A stretch of DNA of 64,000 nt from NCBI GenBank assembly GCA_965153355.1, contig OZ231126.1, positions 12,214,001-12,278,000 on the forward strand, in the 5' to 3' direction. The translations under genes and the position numbers were made by a program. Of this stretch, positions 16,013 through 30,813 are shown piece after piece; the stretch's first letter is position 1, and the number at the start of each line of letters is the position of its first letter. The notes below the pieces were generated by a model that was given only the letters and a program-made list of their open reading frames with translations, searched no databases and was not told the origin of the DNA. This stretch comes from Flaccisagitta enflata. Taxonomy: Eukaryota.

Positions 16013-18623
16013 GAGATTGTCGAACTCGTCATGCATTATGCAAGTGTCGTTTAAACCGCGTCGGTGCAACAAACTATTTTATTCATGATGTCATTTCTGC
16101 GTTGGACAGGCTTTACCCTCCTCGGCCTGGCTGCAACCTTTTCTTTTATTCAGGCAAGGTTGTTTACACGTCTGCTTCAGTTTGTTTTTAGATTGCATGG
16201 AGAGAGAGAAAAAAAAAGAGTTAAGTAAAAGGGAAGCAAATCTAAAAAAAGGGGGGAGGGAAAACGAAACAAGCATGACTGTCAAACAAAAAATTGTTAG
16301 TTGCGAACATTATTTCACAGAATTTAAAAGATGTTTTCTTTTTTGTTTGTCCCATATGACTATAGCTACATCTATGTATTTTGATTGAAGAGTAAAAAAA
16401 AAGATGCCAACATTTCTATATTTCTGTTATTTAAACTCTGTTGGGCTTTTACCAAGTCTCACTCGAACGTGTTAGGAAACGACAACAACAATATCAAAGA
16501 CAATATAAACAAAGCTTCTCTACTTCTGCGCCTGAGTGGGGGCTTGAGTTTTGGTTTGGTGACCTTTGGAAGGCCTTTTTGGCGGGCAATAGAGATTCCA
16601 TCATAGCCTCTTTTTTTCCTTCCTGCTTTCTCTTTATTGCACAGTGCGATGAAAACACCCCCATGGAAGAAATTGAAAACAATATCCTATGAATTAATTT
16701 AGAATAAAAAATGACAATATTGTAGATGAATTTTAGATAACTAAAGACACTGAGTTTAAAATTTGCAATTTGTGTGAAACAGCTGTGTATTCAATAGCAG
16801 GAGGGGAAAATGGAGAAAGAAATGGAGGTCATTGTGGCTTCATTGGAAGTGAGTTTATGTATTGGTGGATATGGTCAAAATGGATGAATGTTTGAATTTT
16901 TTATACTCGGTGTTATATTTGACATTTCTTAAGTATGATAATGTCAGAATAGTTGTATATTTTGATCGGTGTTTGTAAATTTTTGTCACTTTGTTGTCAA
17001 TTAGAGGACGGCCATCTCACTGTGCCCTCGTGAATTCTCGTCATGCTTCGCCGGAAATAAGTGTTGCGCTCTCACCGCCTGTGGTTTATAGTCGACGTGC
17101 CGTCCTACGCCTCATCATCATACCACCCCACACACGCAACAGAGAGAGACACACACACACACACACACACACTCTCACACACAGACAGACAAATGAACAG
17201 TGACTGAGATGAAACACACGGATATACTACATGCACAAGTCCTGCATTTTATGTACATCGTGTGAGAAGCCAATAGAAGACTCCACTAAACGAATAAAGC
17301 TGAATACACGCCTACCCCAGTCGCGGGTAGGTGGGCGGGGGCCATGATGCTTGTCAAGTCATTGGGCAGGGGCAGTGACTTTCCATTAATGCCAAAAAAA
17401 AATAAGTGTATGAGTATATGAGATAGATGTACCGCTCGAGTGACAACGCAAGTTGTTGAGTCAGTTAGCGCGAGTCTGAAAAGGAAGACATAATGTTAAA
17501 GACGTCAGTGCTAGGGGTGGTTGATGGTGGATGAGCCGGTGAAATAAGATGAGAGATGAGATTATGAGGCGGAGTAGATGAAAACTTGCACGCACGCACG
17601 CACGCACAGATAGAAACACGCACGCGCGCTTGCAAACATTTAGTTGAAAGCGCGCGTGCACACTGGCACGCAGAGCGTGTAGAGATATATGATCACGTCA
17701 TCTTTCACTTCCGTCTTTTTACCCCCCCCTCCCTCCACTTCCTTCCCCCTGCCAACCTCCTCTTCTTCTACTCTCCTCACCCTTCCCCGGGCAATGATAC
17801 AACTTCGGTTGGTCATACGGTCGGTTGTGCTCGTTGCTTGGACATGAGTTTGTGCCATACTCTCGCTTTCCTTTAGGCGGATCTAACTGGGGTGGGTGAA
17901 TGCGTAGCAGAGAGAGAGGATTGAAGGGTTCTCAGTTTTTGCATGTTGGAAAAGAATTGTTGGTGTGGTTGTAAAGACAGATGTACGTGAGAGGACCTGT
18001 CATTGGAATACCGTAGATGGACAAAGAGTATCAAGTATGAAGCATTGGGTCTCTCCACAAGATTTTTCTTTAGTTGAATTAGTTTCAGAAAAAAAAGTTG
18101 TGTGAATTTAGCACTTGTGTTGAAAACCTTCGAAAGTTGATTGAGCTGCATTTATCTAAAGTAATAGACAATACTACTTGGTGCTTCAATTTTTTTTTTT
18201 AACTTATAGAAAAACTTATGATTTTTAACATTTTAGGGGTCACCCTGTATTAAGCCAAGCTAGGGTTTTCATCTGTTAATGTTGCGGGAAGATGAAAAGA
18301 CCTCTACTATTTTGAGTATGGACTGAGTTGGACTATTAGATTTGAGTAGTTCACAGAGAGGAGAGGGTAATGGGGGTGAGCATTTGGTAAAGGCAAGGTT
18401 GGAGATTGTGAGGGTGTATCTTTGTTGATGTGGTTATTATCGTTGTTGTTGTTGTTTGGTAGTGTTTTCATTCGTTGTCGCTGGTGGATTGTTGTTGTTG
18501 TGGTTTATTCTCCTGAGGCCAAACAACGTCATCTGAAAGCATAGCAGCCTTTCTCGATGCTGTTGTGCATTGTTGACACAGGAAATAATTGTCGGAACAC
18601 TAGTAGAGAGAGAGTGAGAGAGA

Positions 18624-18668
<45 letters not shown>

Positions 18669-18696
18669 TCACTTTGAATGGGAAAGTGCTGCAGAT

Positions 18697-18761
<65 letters not shown>

Positions 18762-19957
18762 CTTTTTTTATATCAGTATCTCTATCTCTCTCGCGCGCGC
18801 GGGCACTCGCTCGCTCGCGCCTTCGTTACTTTTTTTCCTGCCTCACTCTTTTTTTTTCTTAGCTTCTCTTCCTTCTCCCATAACTTGACACTGTACCGCC
18901 TCCTCCTCCCTTTGATACTTCTTTCGCTCTGCCTCCCTTGTCCGAACAAGTTGATTTCTAATTCTATCATCGCCGGTACAATTCTGAACACGCGCAATCG
19001 TCGTCGTCGTCACCGTCGTCGTTATCGTTGTCGTCGTCGTCGTCGTTCACGTTGCCGCATGTGACGAAGACGACGACGACAAAGACAAACGCCATCTATT
19101 GCCGTCTCGTCTTCTGCGCGCGCGCGTGCGTGTGTGTGTGTGCGTGTGTATCCCTCCCGGCCATCACGGCAGGAAATTGAATTGGGAATAGGGGAATAAA
19201 AGGTCCTTACCCTTTCAAGTCCCTTTGATAGTTTACTCGATGTGTTTACACTGGAAAAGAGGCCAGAAACACTTTTTCTCTCAATCACTTCCATCCACCA
19301 CAAGATATAGTCCTCCTCGCCGCTGTTGTGTGAGAGGAAGTAGTGAGACATCTTGATTAAAAAAAAAACAGCTTTTTTGTCCATATTATGTCATACAAGG
19401 TTGTATGGTTTTATGTCAATTGGCACGGAAGGGAATTCCGAGACGAACTTTTCCACAGCTGTTGGACCATCAGAGATAGACTCAAAACTAGCTCAGTCTT
19501 ATGTGTTTACTCGCGAAGTCAAGTTGGGGCAGACGGAATTACCCTAAACCAATCATGAGGGGAATGTCTGAATGTCTGATGTTAATGATTTCGAAGAAGG
19601 TTGTTAGATCTATATAGTTTGGAATCATGAAGAGACATGGAGACAGTAAACGGAAGTTTTAGGTCCTCTCTTATTGAGTCTGTTGTTGTTTGATACTAGG
19701 CGATGCTTGATACTGTCAAAATCACAATAATCATAAAACTAAAAATAGTTATATCGAATTTTTTTGTCATGGCAGCTTTGGTTTGATACTTGCCTCATCA
19801 TGAATTTCATTTTTATTCTTTTTCCATGTACGGTATTGGCCCTGTCCCTGGATTTCACCTGACTCAATCTGTGGATTTTATCTCTTCCGTCATACCGCTC
19901 ATCTGTGGACAACACCCTCTTCATTTCTCTCATCTCTGAATGCCCATCTCACTTCAG

Positions 19958-19963
19958 AATGGG
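19958..19963 (+). CDS. sowah: 6-nt microexon (Asn-Gly) of the SOWAH-like gene
   Basis: Pyrimidine tract ...catctcacttcag|AATGGG|gtaagt. Phase 0-0; yields NG-GYTALH with the next exon, matching the xNGGYTxLH ankyrin linker as I recall it from invertebrate SOWAH proteins. Confidence 0.7.
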
Positions 19964-20252
19964 GTAAGTGTATTTTAAATCGACCATAGCGACTAGCTTT
20001 GGTACATTGACCAGTCAACCATGATTCTTAGATCACTTATACCACTGCTTCGTCACGCACCACGAGTCCGTGGTGGTGCCTTATTATTACTACGCACATG
20101 GCCAGCTATTAACACCCCACACTACGGCACATGTTCAACACTCGTCGAATTGAGTGACATATGTATCAGTCTTTTTACTCTTTGGGGCCCCCTGGAACGA
20201 GGGTCTCTAAGAGCCTGTCAGTGGGTGTCCCATGAGCTGTGAGAGCGAGCGC

Positions 20253-20308
<56 letters not shown>

Positions 20309-20847
20309 GGGACAGCCATTGTGTGGATGCGGTTGAGTAGCGACCCTGAGGGAACGCAGAGGTCCTGTCCTCACATAATTCATCTCTTCTGATGCAATAA
20401 TGACGATTTCATGCGAAATCTTTGGATACCTTTGTTTCCCCCTGTCTTTTGACTCAGTTTAAAGCCTTTAGTGTTGTATGTCCTTGAAAAAATTAGCCTT
20501 GAGTTCCATAATAATATGCTTCGTCAATGATAGTATTTTCATGCGATTCTGAACATTGTTGTTTATGAATTTCAGTGAGTTACTGTTGAGAGAACATGAA
20601 ATTGTGATATGCGTGCATGTACTACACGGTTTCCTGCGCAAAATTGTTTTGTGAACAGACAAACTGGAAACCGAATTCTACCAAAATTCTTGGTTAGGAG
20701 GTGACTTAATAGTTGGTGCAAGTCTGGGTTAATAAAAAGAAGGCAAACCACCGCTGCCATTTGGTACTGCGTAACACAACTCCTGGGCAATACATCCTTT
20801 ACAGTATCCCTTTGACTCTTGTCATCCATCCAATTTTCACCCTTTTA

Positions 20848-20981
<134 letters not shown>

Positions 20982-21229
20982 GGTACATTTCATATGATGA
21001 ATAAGAAAGAGAATGGATGGAAAACGCTAAAGAGGATGTAGTTCTGTGATGGAAAAAGAGTTAGGAAACCGTTCATGTCAGACAACTCTTAGGAACCTTG
21101 TTACTGAGGCTCATACATTTTTAAGCAGGTTATCTCCAACCCATTTTCTGACTCGTTCACTTACTCTCATCTCTCTCTTTTTTTTCCATACTTTTTTCTC
21201 TTTTGTATGTCTGTCTCGCTTTCTGTCCG

Positions 21230-21439
21230 TTTTTAGGTCCCATGCAATGCGACTCCGTACGCCGTCGCTCTTGGTCCGTCGGTCGGTCCGTCGGTCAATA
21301 CCAGGGGTCGGTTGAAAAGTTGATGAAGCGCGTTTTGCGCGTAGCGTTGCCGTTTCTGCCAAAATTCCTTCCCGGCCTCCTTTATCAATGCCCCTACCCA
21401 TTTGTACCTGACCAAGGGTGCCGTGTATCCGGCCTTGTT
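21230..21439 (+). mobile_element. Short DINE-1/HINE-like element
   Basis: GTCCGTCGGTCGG tract and end GCCGTGTATCCGGCCTTGTT. Confidence 0.65.
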
Positions 21440-21445
21440 ACATAG

Positions 21446-21690
<245 letters not shown>

Positions 21691-22037
21691 CATTGGTGAG
21701 GAAGACTCGAAAATTGGGAGAATAAGTTTCAGGTGCTTTTTTAGCATGTGTGTGGGGGCTGGGATGTGGATTGGGTTTGGATGCCCCTGCCAACCCGTTC
21801 GCAACGATATTGTGACCCCGCGTCACTTGTTATGCCACTTTCTTGCGGTCCCAATGATTATCAAACGTGTTCGCTTCCAACGTTTTGTTACCATCACCCT
21901 TTTATAGAACCCGCTGGCTGGACGCTTCCCCTTTCCACTTGGAATGTTCATCTTCCAAAGATGTAAAGTTACCCCCGACCCACTTTTTCTCCGCCATTTT
22001 CCTCTCTGTCTCTATTTCTCTCTCTTTCTCCCTGTCT

Positions 22038-22140
<103 letters not shown>

Positions 22141-22295
22141 CTTTTTCTATTGCCCCTCTTCGTTTGAGAGGAGATGAGAGATGATCTCTATTCGTCTTCA
22201 TGGCCTCAATAGTTAGCCCCAAGGTTGGGCAAAGGTCACCCGGCTCAAATGAAAGACCAGGTGTAAAGATGTGATACGATATTGCTATATATTTA

Positions 22296-22473
22296 CAGTT
22301 GAACCCTGCTCTAACGGATTTCAGAGGACTAATAGTTTTTTTTCTATTTTACGCGGACTTCTGTTTTTGCCAACAAAGAAGATAAAAGAAATTAACTTGA
22401 AGAGACCATGAATTTGTATTTGTTAAAGGCGGAATTTCGTTGTTGGCGGGTCCGTTTGAGCGGCGTTCAACTG
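22296..22473. mobile_element. 178-bp mariner-type MITE, TA TSD
   Basis: TA|CAGTTGAACCCTGCTCTAACGGA ... TCCGTTTGAGCGGCGTTCAACTG|TA. Confidence 0.85.
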
Positions 22474-23385
22474 TAGTTTGAGTCGCGTGCAAGATCACAC
22501 GTTAGTATGTGATAAGGTTTGAGTCGCGTGCAAGTTTGGGTGTAATACCAGATACTCGCGTGCAAGAATTGTGGTACAGATGTACCCGACCGACCAACCG
22601 CTCGTCCCATGTTCGTATATCTATGCTTTGCCTCTCTTGGGCGCGATAACTTGAGAACAGTGAGATTGCATCATCTCCGTACAAAAGAGGACGCGTAATT
22701 GTCTACGTACTTGACTGAAGTTGCACGACGTAGACGCATCATCGTACCCCCTCCCCTGGCGGTACTTGCATTCCTGCTCCTGCCCAATACTTCGCAATCG
22801 TTGTTACCATGAGTATATCTAGTAGGATCCTAATTGTATCCCATGTGAAAAAAAAATCGTTCTGTCTCAGTTCTCTCCATACAAATTCTTACTCGTTCCC
22901 ATACTCAATTACTCTTGATAAATATATGATGTACTGAAAAGGGAGATTTGATTTCTTGAGATTTATGATCCTCTTTTTGCCATTTTCGTCGTCAACGTCG
23001 TCGTCATCGTCGTCGTCGTCGTCGTCATCTTCCCCCTCCGGCGTACCGGCCTCCGTTCCATTAATTTCTATTCTCCTTTTCTTACCCAAAGATGAGAGAG
23101 AGAGAGAGAGAGAGAAGCAGCCAAAGCGATCTTGTGAGTTCAGAGATGGGAAGACGAAATGATGTCCCGCTTGCAGTACTTGATGTCCGTCTAGTGAATA
23201 TGATATCATTACATCTGTCTAACAGCCGCGGCTACGCCTCGCCTTTTGCCGCTGCTGTTGTAGCTGCCACTGCGGCAGCTGCGTTATCTCGCGGGTGCAG
23301 TGGCTGAGGCCAAAGTGGCTCTTTTGGCGCGCGTAGTCGCTTTCGGCGTTACAGCATTAAATCTCATCCGGTCCAATGTTGTACC

Positions 23386-23438
<53 letters not shown>

Positions 23439-23626
23439 AATTGATGATAATAACGACGATGGCAGTGATGATGATGATGAAGATGATGAGGATGATAGTG
23501 ATGATTATGATGAGGATGATAGTGATGATTTGGGTGATGACAGTGATGATAAAGATGATGATAAAGATGATGACAAAGATGATGATGAAGATGGACATAA
23601 AGATGATAAAAATGATATAGATGATA

Positions 23627-24217
23627 ATTGGAAAAAAGTCGAATTACGTAATTCGACTTTTTGAAACGTAGGGGAGAAATAGTTTTCCATTTTCGGTTTG
23701 GGAAGTTGAGCAGTTTTGGACTGGGATGATACATTTTGATATTCATAGCTAGAAAATTTATTTTCTCTTTCAAATAAGTGAAACAAAAGTATGATCATTA
23801 GTTTTATATGAATTTTTGAATCTTTTTTTATTTTTAGCGTTTTTGCAAAATCGATAATCGATCTCGTTTTTGGTTCTATGTGAGAGAGAAGAATCAAGAT
23901 GTTACGCAAATGGACCCTAACTTTTATGACGCTAGCTTTGCATTTGCTCTGCAGAGGAAAAGAAAGAGATAGAACAAGTACCAGGGAAGTGACGATCGTC
24001 CCATGCGCTTAGCGCCATTAAAGAATGATGCAATATTGCATCAGCCGTGAATGATCTGATAATTTGAGATATTTCCAAGATTCTGTGCATTTTCATCGTT
24101 CTCAACTTTCGATGCGGACCAACGACCGACCACCAACCAGCACCAGACGGACGGACAAAGCCTCTTATAGAGATGCGTGGACGCATCTAAAAAAGAAGAA
24201 GAAAGAGAGAGCATACT

Positions 24218-24292
<75 letters not shown>

Positions 24293-24462
24293 CACACACA
24301 CACACATACAAAGGAAGACCAAGAGACACCAAGAGACATATTGAATGACAAAAACAGACAGGCAGTCAACCAGACATCAAAAGATGCACACAGAAAAACA
24401 TGCACTGAAAAAAATGACTCCCATTTACGACTTTTTTCCGGTCGGCGAGAGCCGCCTTTATT
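23627..24462 (+). mobile_element. F3 element copy 2, inserted in a (GAT)n tract, with a nested short element (about 23970-24192)
   Basis: GGAAAAAAGTCGAATTACGTAATTCGACTTTTTG start; CGACTTTTTTCC..GGCGAGAGCCGCCTTTATT end. GAT repeats continue on both sides. Confidence 0.8.
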
Positions 24463-24579
24463 GTAAAGAAAGTAAAGATGGTAATGATGATGAAATTGAT
24501 GATGATTGCGATTTTTATAAATCTCCTGTCTCACGGCAATCTTTTCTTACTCGTAGCTCTCCCTTTCGTTTATTTCCAG

Positions 24580-24652
24580 GGATATACGGCGCTCCATCTC
24601 GCGGCCATGCAAGGACATCACGAAATCATGAGCATCCTCGAAGACGTTTATG
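24580..24652 (+). CDS. sowah: Ankyrin-repeat exon of SOWAH/sosondowah-like protein
   Basis: tttatttccag|GGATAT...GTTTATG|gtaagt. Translates GYTALHLAAMQGHHEIMSILEDVY(G), a canonical ankyrin repeat. 73 nt, phase 0 to 1. Confidence 0.9.
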
Positions 24653-25202
24653 GTAAGTTAACAAAGAACAAGCCCAATCGGACAGCTATGCGTCCGATCT
24701 GTGTCTGAGTGTTTGACGGACGCATCTAAAAATTGTGCTCATCATTTGTGTACTTGTGAAATGATCAATAGTTATTACAGATGCACTACAATCTCAAGTA
24801 AATTTTTCCGCCATGTAACATCCAGTCAAGCCCCCAAAATTGGAAAATTTGATTGATGAGAGGTTTGAAACTTAATCAATGATGAGTTTATCACGTCGTA
24901 GATAACAACGTTTAGCCGCCTTTTTCAAACGAAAATATCAACTATACAACGTTTGTATTGAACTGATTGTCAAAAAAACAAAACTGAAGAGGTTCTTTTT
25001 GGCTTTATCTTTCTCAGGCTCTCTCTCCCTCTCTCATATTAAGGGGTTCAAACGTGGTCTGGGCTTTGGTTCGGTCTTGCTTCAAAGCCTCGCATTTGGC
25101 AGTTCTGTTGATGAATCGGTTAGGCTCACTTGGATCACCTAGAGACTATCTTTCTCTGTCCCTTTTCTTCATGTCTTTCTTTCTGTCTGTCTGCCTCTCC
25201 TC

Positions 25203-25313
<111 letters not shown>

Positions 25314-26005
25314 CCCAAGTGAGTTCTTCCTCCAGTTTTTCTGGACGCCACGAGAAGGTGAAGGATTTGCTCTAAATTTCAAATTTGCCGCCACTTTTAA
25401 AGTTGCTTTTTCTGCTCTTTTGAATTTCGGGGTTGAACATTGAACAGACGTGACTACTTGAGTCTCTTTGTCGATGTCTGCCCACCATTCTCCAATTGAG
25501 AAATGCCTTACATGTGGAAGTCATGATCACTGATGAATATGTGACGTGACGGTAATAAGAATGGAAAAGAAACATGAATTGCTCCTTCTTCCTCTTTTTA
25601 GATTTGTTGAATTTTTATCATTTCCCTGAGTCCTTTTTAGGGAACCCACCATCATTTTACAATCACCACCCCACACTTTTCGAGCCAAGCACAATGCTCT
25701 TACATTTTTCCGAAAAATCCGAACGAGCCAGCAAGTCGAGAGGAATTTTGGATTTACTCCCCACATTGAAAACAAAGCATGTGAACGCCCTTAAGTAAGA
25801 GGGTCTCTAATGTTAACAAATGTCAACTGAAGTCGCTCCCAAAGACCCACACGTGTGGTTTTCGATGTTCCTTTTTTCTAAAGCAAATATAGTTAAAATA
25901 TCCAACTCTACAGAAGAGAAGGTGTGTTCTGGCAAATCGATATTAAATCTATCACGATATCAGCCGCCTCTCGTTGTTACACATAGTTTTGAAAATAAAA
26001 GAAGA

Positions 26006-26231
26006 AACAAGGCCGGATACACGGCCGATAAGCAGTCGCTTGCGGGTGGGCAGGGGCAGTAATGCGAGGGGGCAGGAGCAGTATGTGACTGGGCTGGGGC
26101 CGTAATGTGGGTGGGCAGTGGCCGTGATGATCAAAAATCGCTCTTTCACCCATTCAGATTTTCGCGTTCCCTTCATTCATTCATTCATTCCTTCAAACCC
26201 TCTTATAGAGTCGCTTGGCAAGCGACTAAAA
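26006..26231 (-). mobile_element. Short DINE-1/HINE-like element
   Basis: AACAAGGCCGGATACACGG at one end, AGTCGCTTGGCAAGCGACT hairpin plus A-run at the other. Confidence 0.7.
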
Positions 26232-26803
26232 AGATCCATTTTTACACAAACATGGATTTCTGTAATCCAAATTTTCTGTCGTATCGCGTTGATATGGTTT
26301 TATCAAATATACCACCCAAGATTGAATGAAAAAGATTTTGAGTGGATTTCAAACATATGCCACATTTATGCGTCTCTTAACTCGTATGTCTCTATCTTGT
26401 TCTCCTTTCCCTTTATTTTTCATGTCTCTATCTTTGTCTCATTTGCCTTGATTTTTCCCGTCTCTGTCTTTGTCTCGTTTGTCTTTATTTCTTACGTCTC
26501 TCTCTTCTCCTCATATTTTCGCGTCTCATGTCCGTTGTTGACGACCCCTTTTAGATGTCGACATCGTGAGTCTGAAGGAATATCCAAAGAATATCAAATA
26601 TAACAAGATTGACGAGCACAAAATGTACTCGCCCATTCAAACGAGATTACACGATTGGACGTTTGGTTGCGTAGGCACAGCTTTTAGGAATGTCAGTTTA
26701 TATGAGGTCGTGTCCGTTTGTTAGTTCCTTTCTCTGATTCTCTCTCTGCCAGTCTATCAAGTTAAGATGATCAACAGACAGCGTGTTGACCACCTATTTT
26801 GCT

Positions 26804-26838
<35 letters not shown>

Positions 26839-26985
26839 AAAAGCGCCGTGGTACACGTTCACAAACATTTTGTCAACAAACATTTTGTCGACAAATAAAT
26901 TTAGTACAACTGATGTTAATACATTGTAATAGAACGACGGCGTTTGGCAGCTGAACTGCCGACTGAAATGTCAAGTGGCGTATTG

Positions 26986-27431
26986 TTGGAAAAAAGTCGA
27001 ATTACGTAATTCGACTTTTTGAAACGTAGGGGAAAAATTGGGTTTTCGTTTTGATTGAGAAAGTTGAGCCGTTTTAGGCTTGGGTGATACGTTTTTATAT
27101 TCTGCATATTAGAAAGATTATTTTCCTCTTTCAAGTGGCGCAACCAAAAGTCTCCAGGATCATTAGTATTAGCGCTATGAATTTTTTAATCTTTTTTTAT
27201 TTTTTCGCATTTTGCAAAAATCGAGATTTTTCCTTGATCTTATTTTTCGCCCTATGTAACATGTGAGAAAAGTCAAGATGTTACACAAATTGACTCAAAA
27301 TTTTATGACGCTAGCTTTTAGATTTTCTCTGTGAAAGAAAAGAAAGAAGAGAATAGAAGGGAAAGAAAGAAAGACAGAGACAAACACTCCCCCAAACACA
27401 TTCTGTATACAAATTCACAGAGAGAGAGAAA

Positions 27432-27463
<32 letters not shown>

Positions 27464-27498
27464 AAGAACACACAGACACACACACACTTGCCTTCAGT

Positions 27499-27548
<50 letters not shown>

Positions 27549-27711
27549 AAAGACCAAGGAAGACCAAGAAAGAGAAGCAGCGAGACAGATTGAATGACAA
27601 AAACAGGCAGACAGTCAACCAAACATCATGAGATGCACACAGAAAAAGATGCATTGAAAAAAAAGACTCCCACTCACGACTTTTTTCCGATCGGCGAGAG
27701 CCGCCTTTATT
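26986..27711 (+). mobile_element. F3 element copy 3
   Basis: Same termini as 23627-24462, with internal GA and CA tracts. Confidence 0.8.
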
Positions 27712-27985
27712 GTAATGCAGTTTTGACAAGAGATGCTGTAGTGGTCGATCTTGCTGCTGCTTCCAATATTCCCACCCACCAAAATAGAAGCGAGGAACAG
27801 ACTTTTGACACTGTCACTTTGTCAGTACCTCAACAATGTCATTGACTATAATGACGGTTGTGATATGGTTTGAGAACTGCCACCTTTGAGGAAATATAAA
27901 AAGGTTTCTTTCATGAGGCTTTGGAGTTCTTTGGAGTTCTTTGGAGTTCTTTGTTGGTTGCAAATGAAATGAAGTAAATACAAAC

Positions 27986-28098
<113 letters not shown>

Positions 28099-28738
28099 AC
28101 TCTCTCTCTCTCTCCCTTCCTCCCTCCAAACGGCTCTCAATTTTACCTACAGAATCATTGAATGTATATATTGATGTAATTGACTTAATATTATCCGTAT
28201 CCGTATTAGTTCGATTGTCGTTGTTTTGAAAATGTCATTCTTGTGAATTTTTCTTTCGGTCTTCTTAGAATCGTATCCATTTTGACTGTGTTCTTTGAAA
28301 CACTCGAAAATTGTTTGATGTTGATTTAGATTTCCTTCATAATGGATCGATCGTAGAAATCTAACGAAGTCCTTGAAATGGCTAGTTGAAGAGATCAAAG
28401 AACTTCTTTCGATAAAGAAACATTTGCGCTCACAAGTGTAATATTACCCGCGCCGTACCAATATCATGACTAGCGCAAAACGGAATAAAACTAAGCCTAG
28501 GGTGCCTGTATTGCAGCACATTCCAGTCATTCCTTGCTCGTTAACTCTGTAAGATGGTCTATCCACTGATCCGATGTCCGTTTGTCAGTTCGCGATATTA
28601 CTCATAACCAATTTTAATGTCAGTCCGGCATAATTTCATGTTTATGTTTAAGGTGTCAACATGAGACGTGCACGTTTATGCATGCACGCACATACAAGCA
28701 TGGTATTACTATGTATGCACGCGCACACAAGCATGGTA

Positions 28739-29499
28739 CACCGTCTTTAAATCGAAATGGCAAATAGTAAACCTTTGTAGCTCCAAAATTACTAGCCCAA
28801 AAGCCTTCAAATTTTCAGTGAATGTTAGTAACAACTGACCATTTTTTCATGCCAAAACTCAGATTCTATAACTGAATAGGTTGGGGGTCATTAAAGCATT
28901 GAAAAAGCTATCAATTTTATGGAAAAAGACAATTTGTCCCAGCTATACTTGGAAGAATCTTTTTTCTTTTAATGCTTTTTACCTGATTAAGCGAGCTTGA
29001 ACCCTGGAGTTGGTCTTAAATGAAGAGTTACAAATCATGAATATAAGTTCTGCTTGAAAATTTCATTATTTTATCGTATTCATGAAGATTTGAATGATTT
29101 TCAAATGATTGACAGTCTGGATTGTAGCAATGATTGCCAAAAACCAATGATAACTTCAATCTATATCCAACTTTTTTCAATTTTTTAGGTAATGTGTAAT
29201 CTCTGAAAAATTTCCTATCATTTGAGACCAACCCCGGAGTTCTAGCTCAATTTTTTTGACATCTGTACATTGATAAAGACAAGTCTTTTCAAATAAATCA
29301 AGAAAAAAAATTTGGCTCTGAAAATTGGGCATATTTTGTTTGTTTTACTGACCCCAATCTATTCAGTATTAAAATCCGAGTTTGGACATGACAAAATGGT
29401 CAGTTGTTACCAACATTCACTGAAAATTTGAAGGCTTTCAGGCAAGTAGTTTTGGAGCTACAAAGGTTTACTATTTGCCATTTCGATTTAAAGACGGTG
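28739..29499. mobile_element. MITE with long TIRs (about 150 bp or more), TA TSD
   Basis: TA|CACCGTCTTTAAATCGAAATGGCAAATAGTAAACCTTTGTAGCTCCAAAA and its exact reverse complement ending GACGGTG|TA. Confidence 0.9.
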
Positions 29500-29741
29500 T
29501 ATTACTACATGCGCATTTTTCAAACAGAAATCAGAATGCAGAAAATCAAAATTTCAAATGTGTTCAGTCGTTCCCACTCATTTTTCTTTTCTTTTTTTAT
29601 GCTAAGCTTGAAAACAATACTGCATTCATGAAATAGTGGCATTTATACATTTGTTAAAGCCACCCCTATAAAATTTCTCAAGGCAACTTTTAATTTTAAA
29701 GGCCAGGGTGGTTCATGATCGTCCAAAGTTCTTTCGTATTT

Positions 29742-29935
29742 CACAAGGCCGGATACACGGCTACCCATGTCGCTTGCGGGTGGGCAGGGGCAGTGACCAA
29801 CTAGGCAGTTGGGCGGTCGCTGTAACCCTAAAGCCGCCCGTAAACGCCGATGGACGGACCAACCAAGGAACCAACCGACGGACCGACCGACAGACAGACA
29901 GAGCGGGTTGTAGAGTAGCGTGCACGTGACTAAAA
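29742..29935 (-). mobile_element. Short DINE-1/HINE-like element
   Basis: ACAAGGCCGGATACACGGCTACC end, GACC/GACA repeats, imperfect terminal hairpin plus A-run. Confidence 0.7.
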
Positions 29936-30770
29936 ACTTTTCATCGTTTTTGTTCTGTTCTGGTTTTTTAGCGTGAAGAGGGTAACAAATAGCTACGAAC
30001 ATATATTTGCATCATCCGTCTCATCCATGGGCTTAAATTGGGCTTATGAGTCGGAATGAGATCTGACGCGTCTTTATCAATTAGTCAAAAAACGGAGTCC
30101 GACGTATCTCAGAGACTGCGAGTCTGACCAACATATCAGCGTGTGTCATTGTGACTTTTTTTCATGACTCACAACAATCGCCCTCAAGGCTCTTTTTCTC
30201 ACTGAAACGCAAAAAGGAAAAAAATGCATCTGACAAAAAGATGGGCAAGAATTGTTTTGGGACAGATGAAAGGCAAAAACTAAAAATAAAAAAGGGGGGG
30301 AGGGTTAATGAAAAAAAGAATTGATTTGACAAGATGGTCTTTCACTCTGATATTTCAAGTGCGACCATGAACTAAAGCAATATGCAACAATGTGATCCTC
30401 AAAAGGTGCTGTATGGCTTATGGGCAGCGGTGTCTTTGTCCTGCTTTGTAGGATTTTTTTTTTAAATTTCATCAATTTTTGTGAGCCTGGCAATTATGCG
30501 TTGATAAAACATAAATTTTTGAATTTCAATTTAAGCTAGTTTAACCTCATGGGATGGTGGAATGAAAAATGTTCAAAATTGAATAAAAACAGGTTTTTGA
30601 GATTTGAAAAAAATTTATACTATAATAGCTGCAAATTGAATGATACATGCGCTATCTAGGCTGCTTGCAAAAAAATGGGAATTTTTAACCAAAAATCGGT
30701 TAGTCGCCTGTCAGTTTCTATCTCGTCGTCCTGTGTTGAGTGACTGACTAGAGTAAAAGTTTGTGGGCGC

Positions 30771-30813
<43 letters not shown>

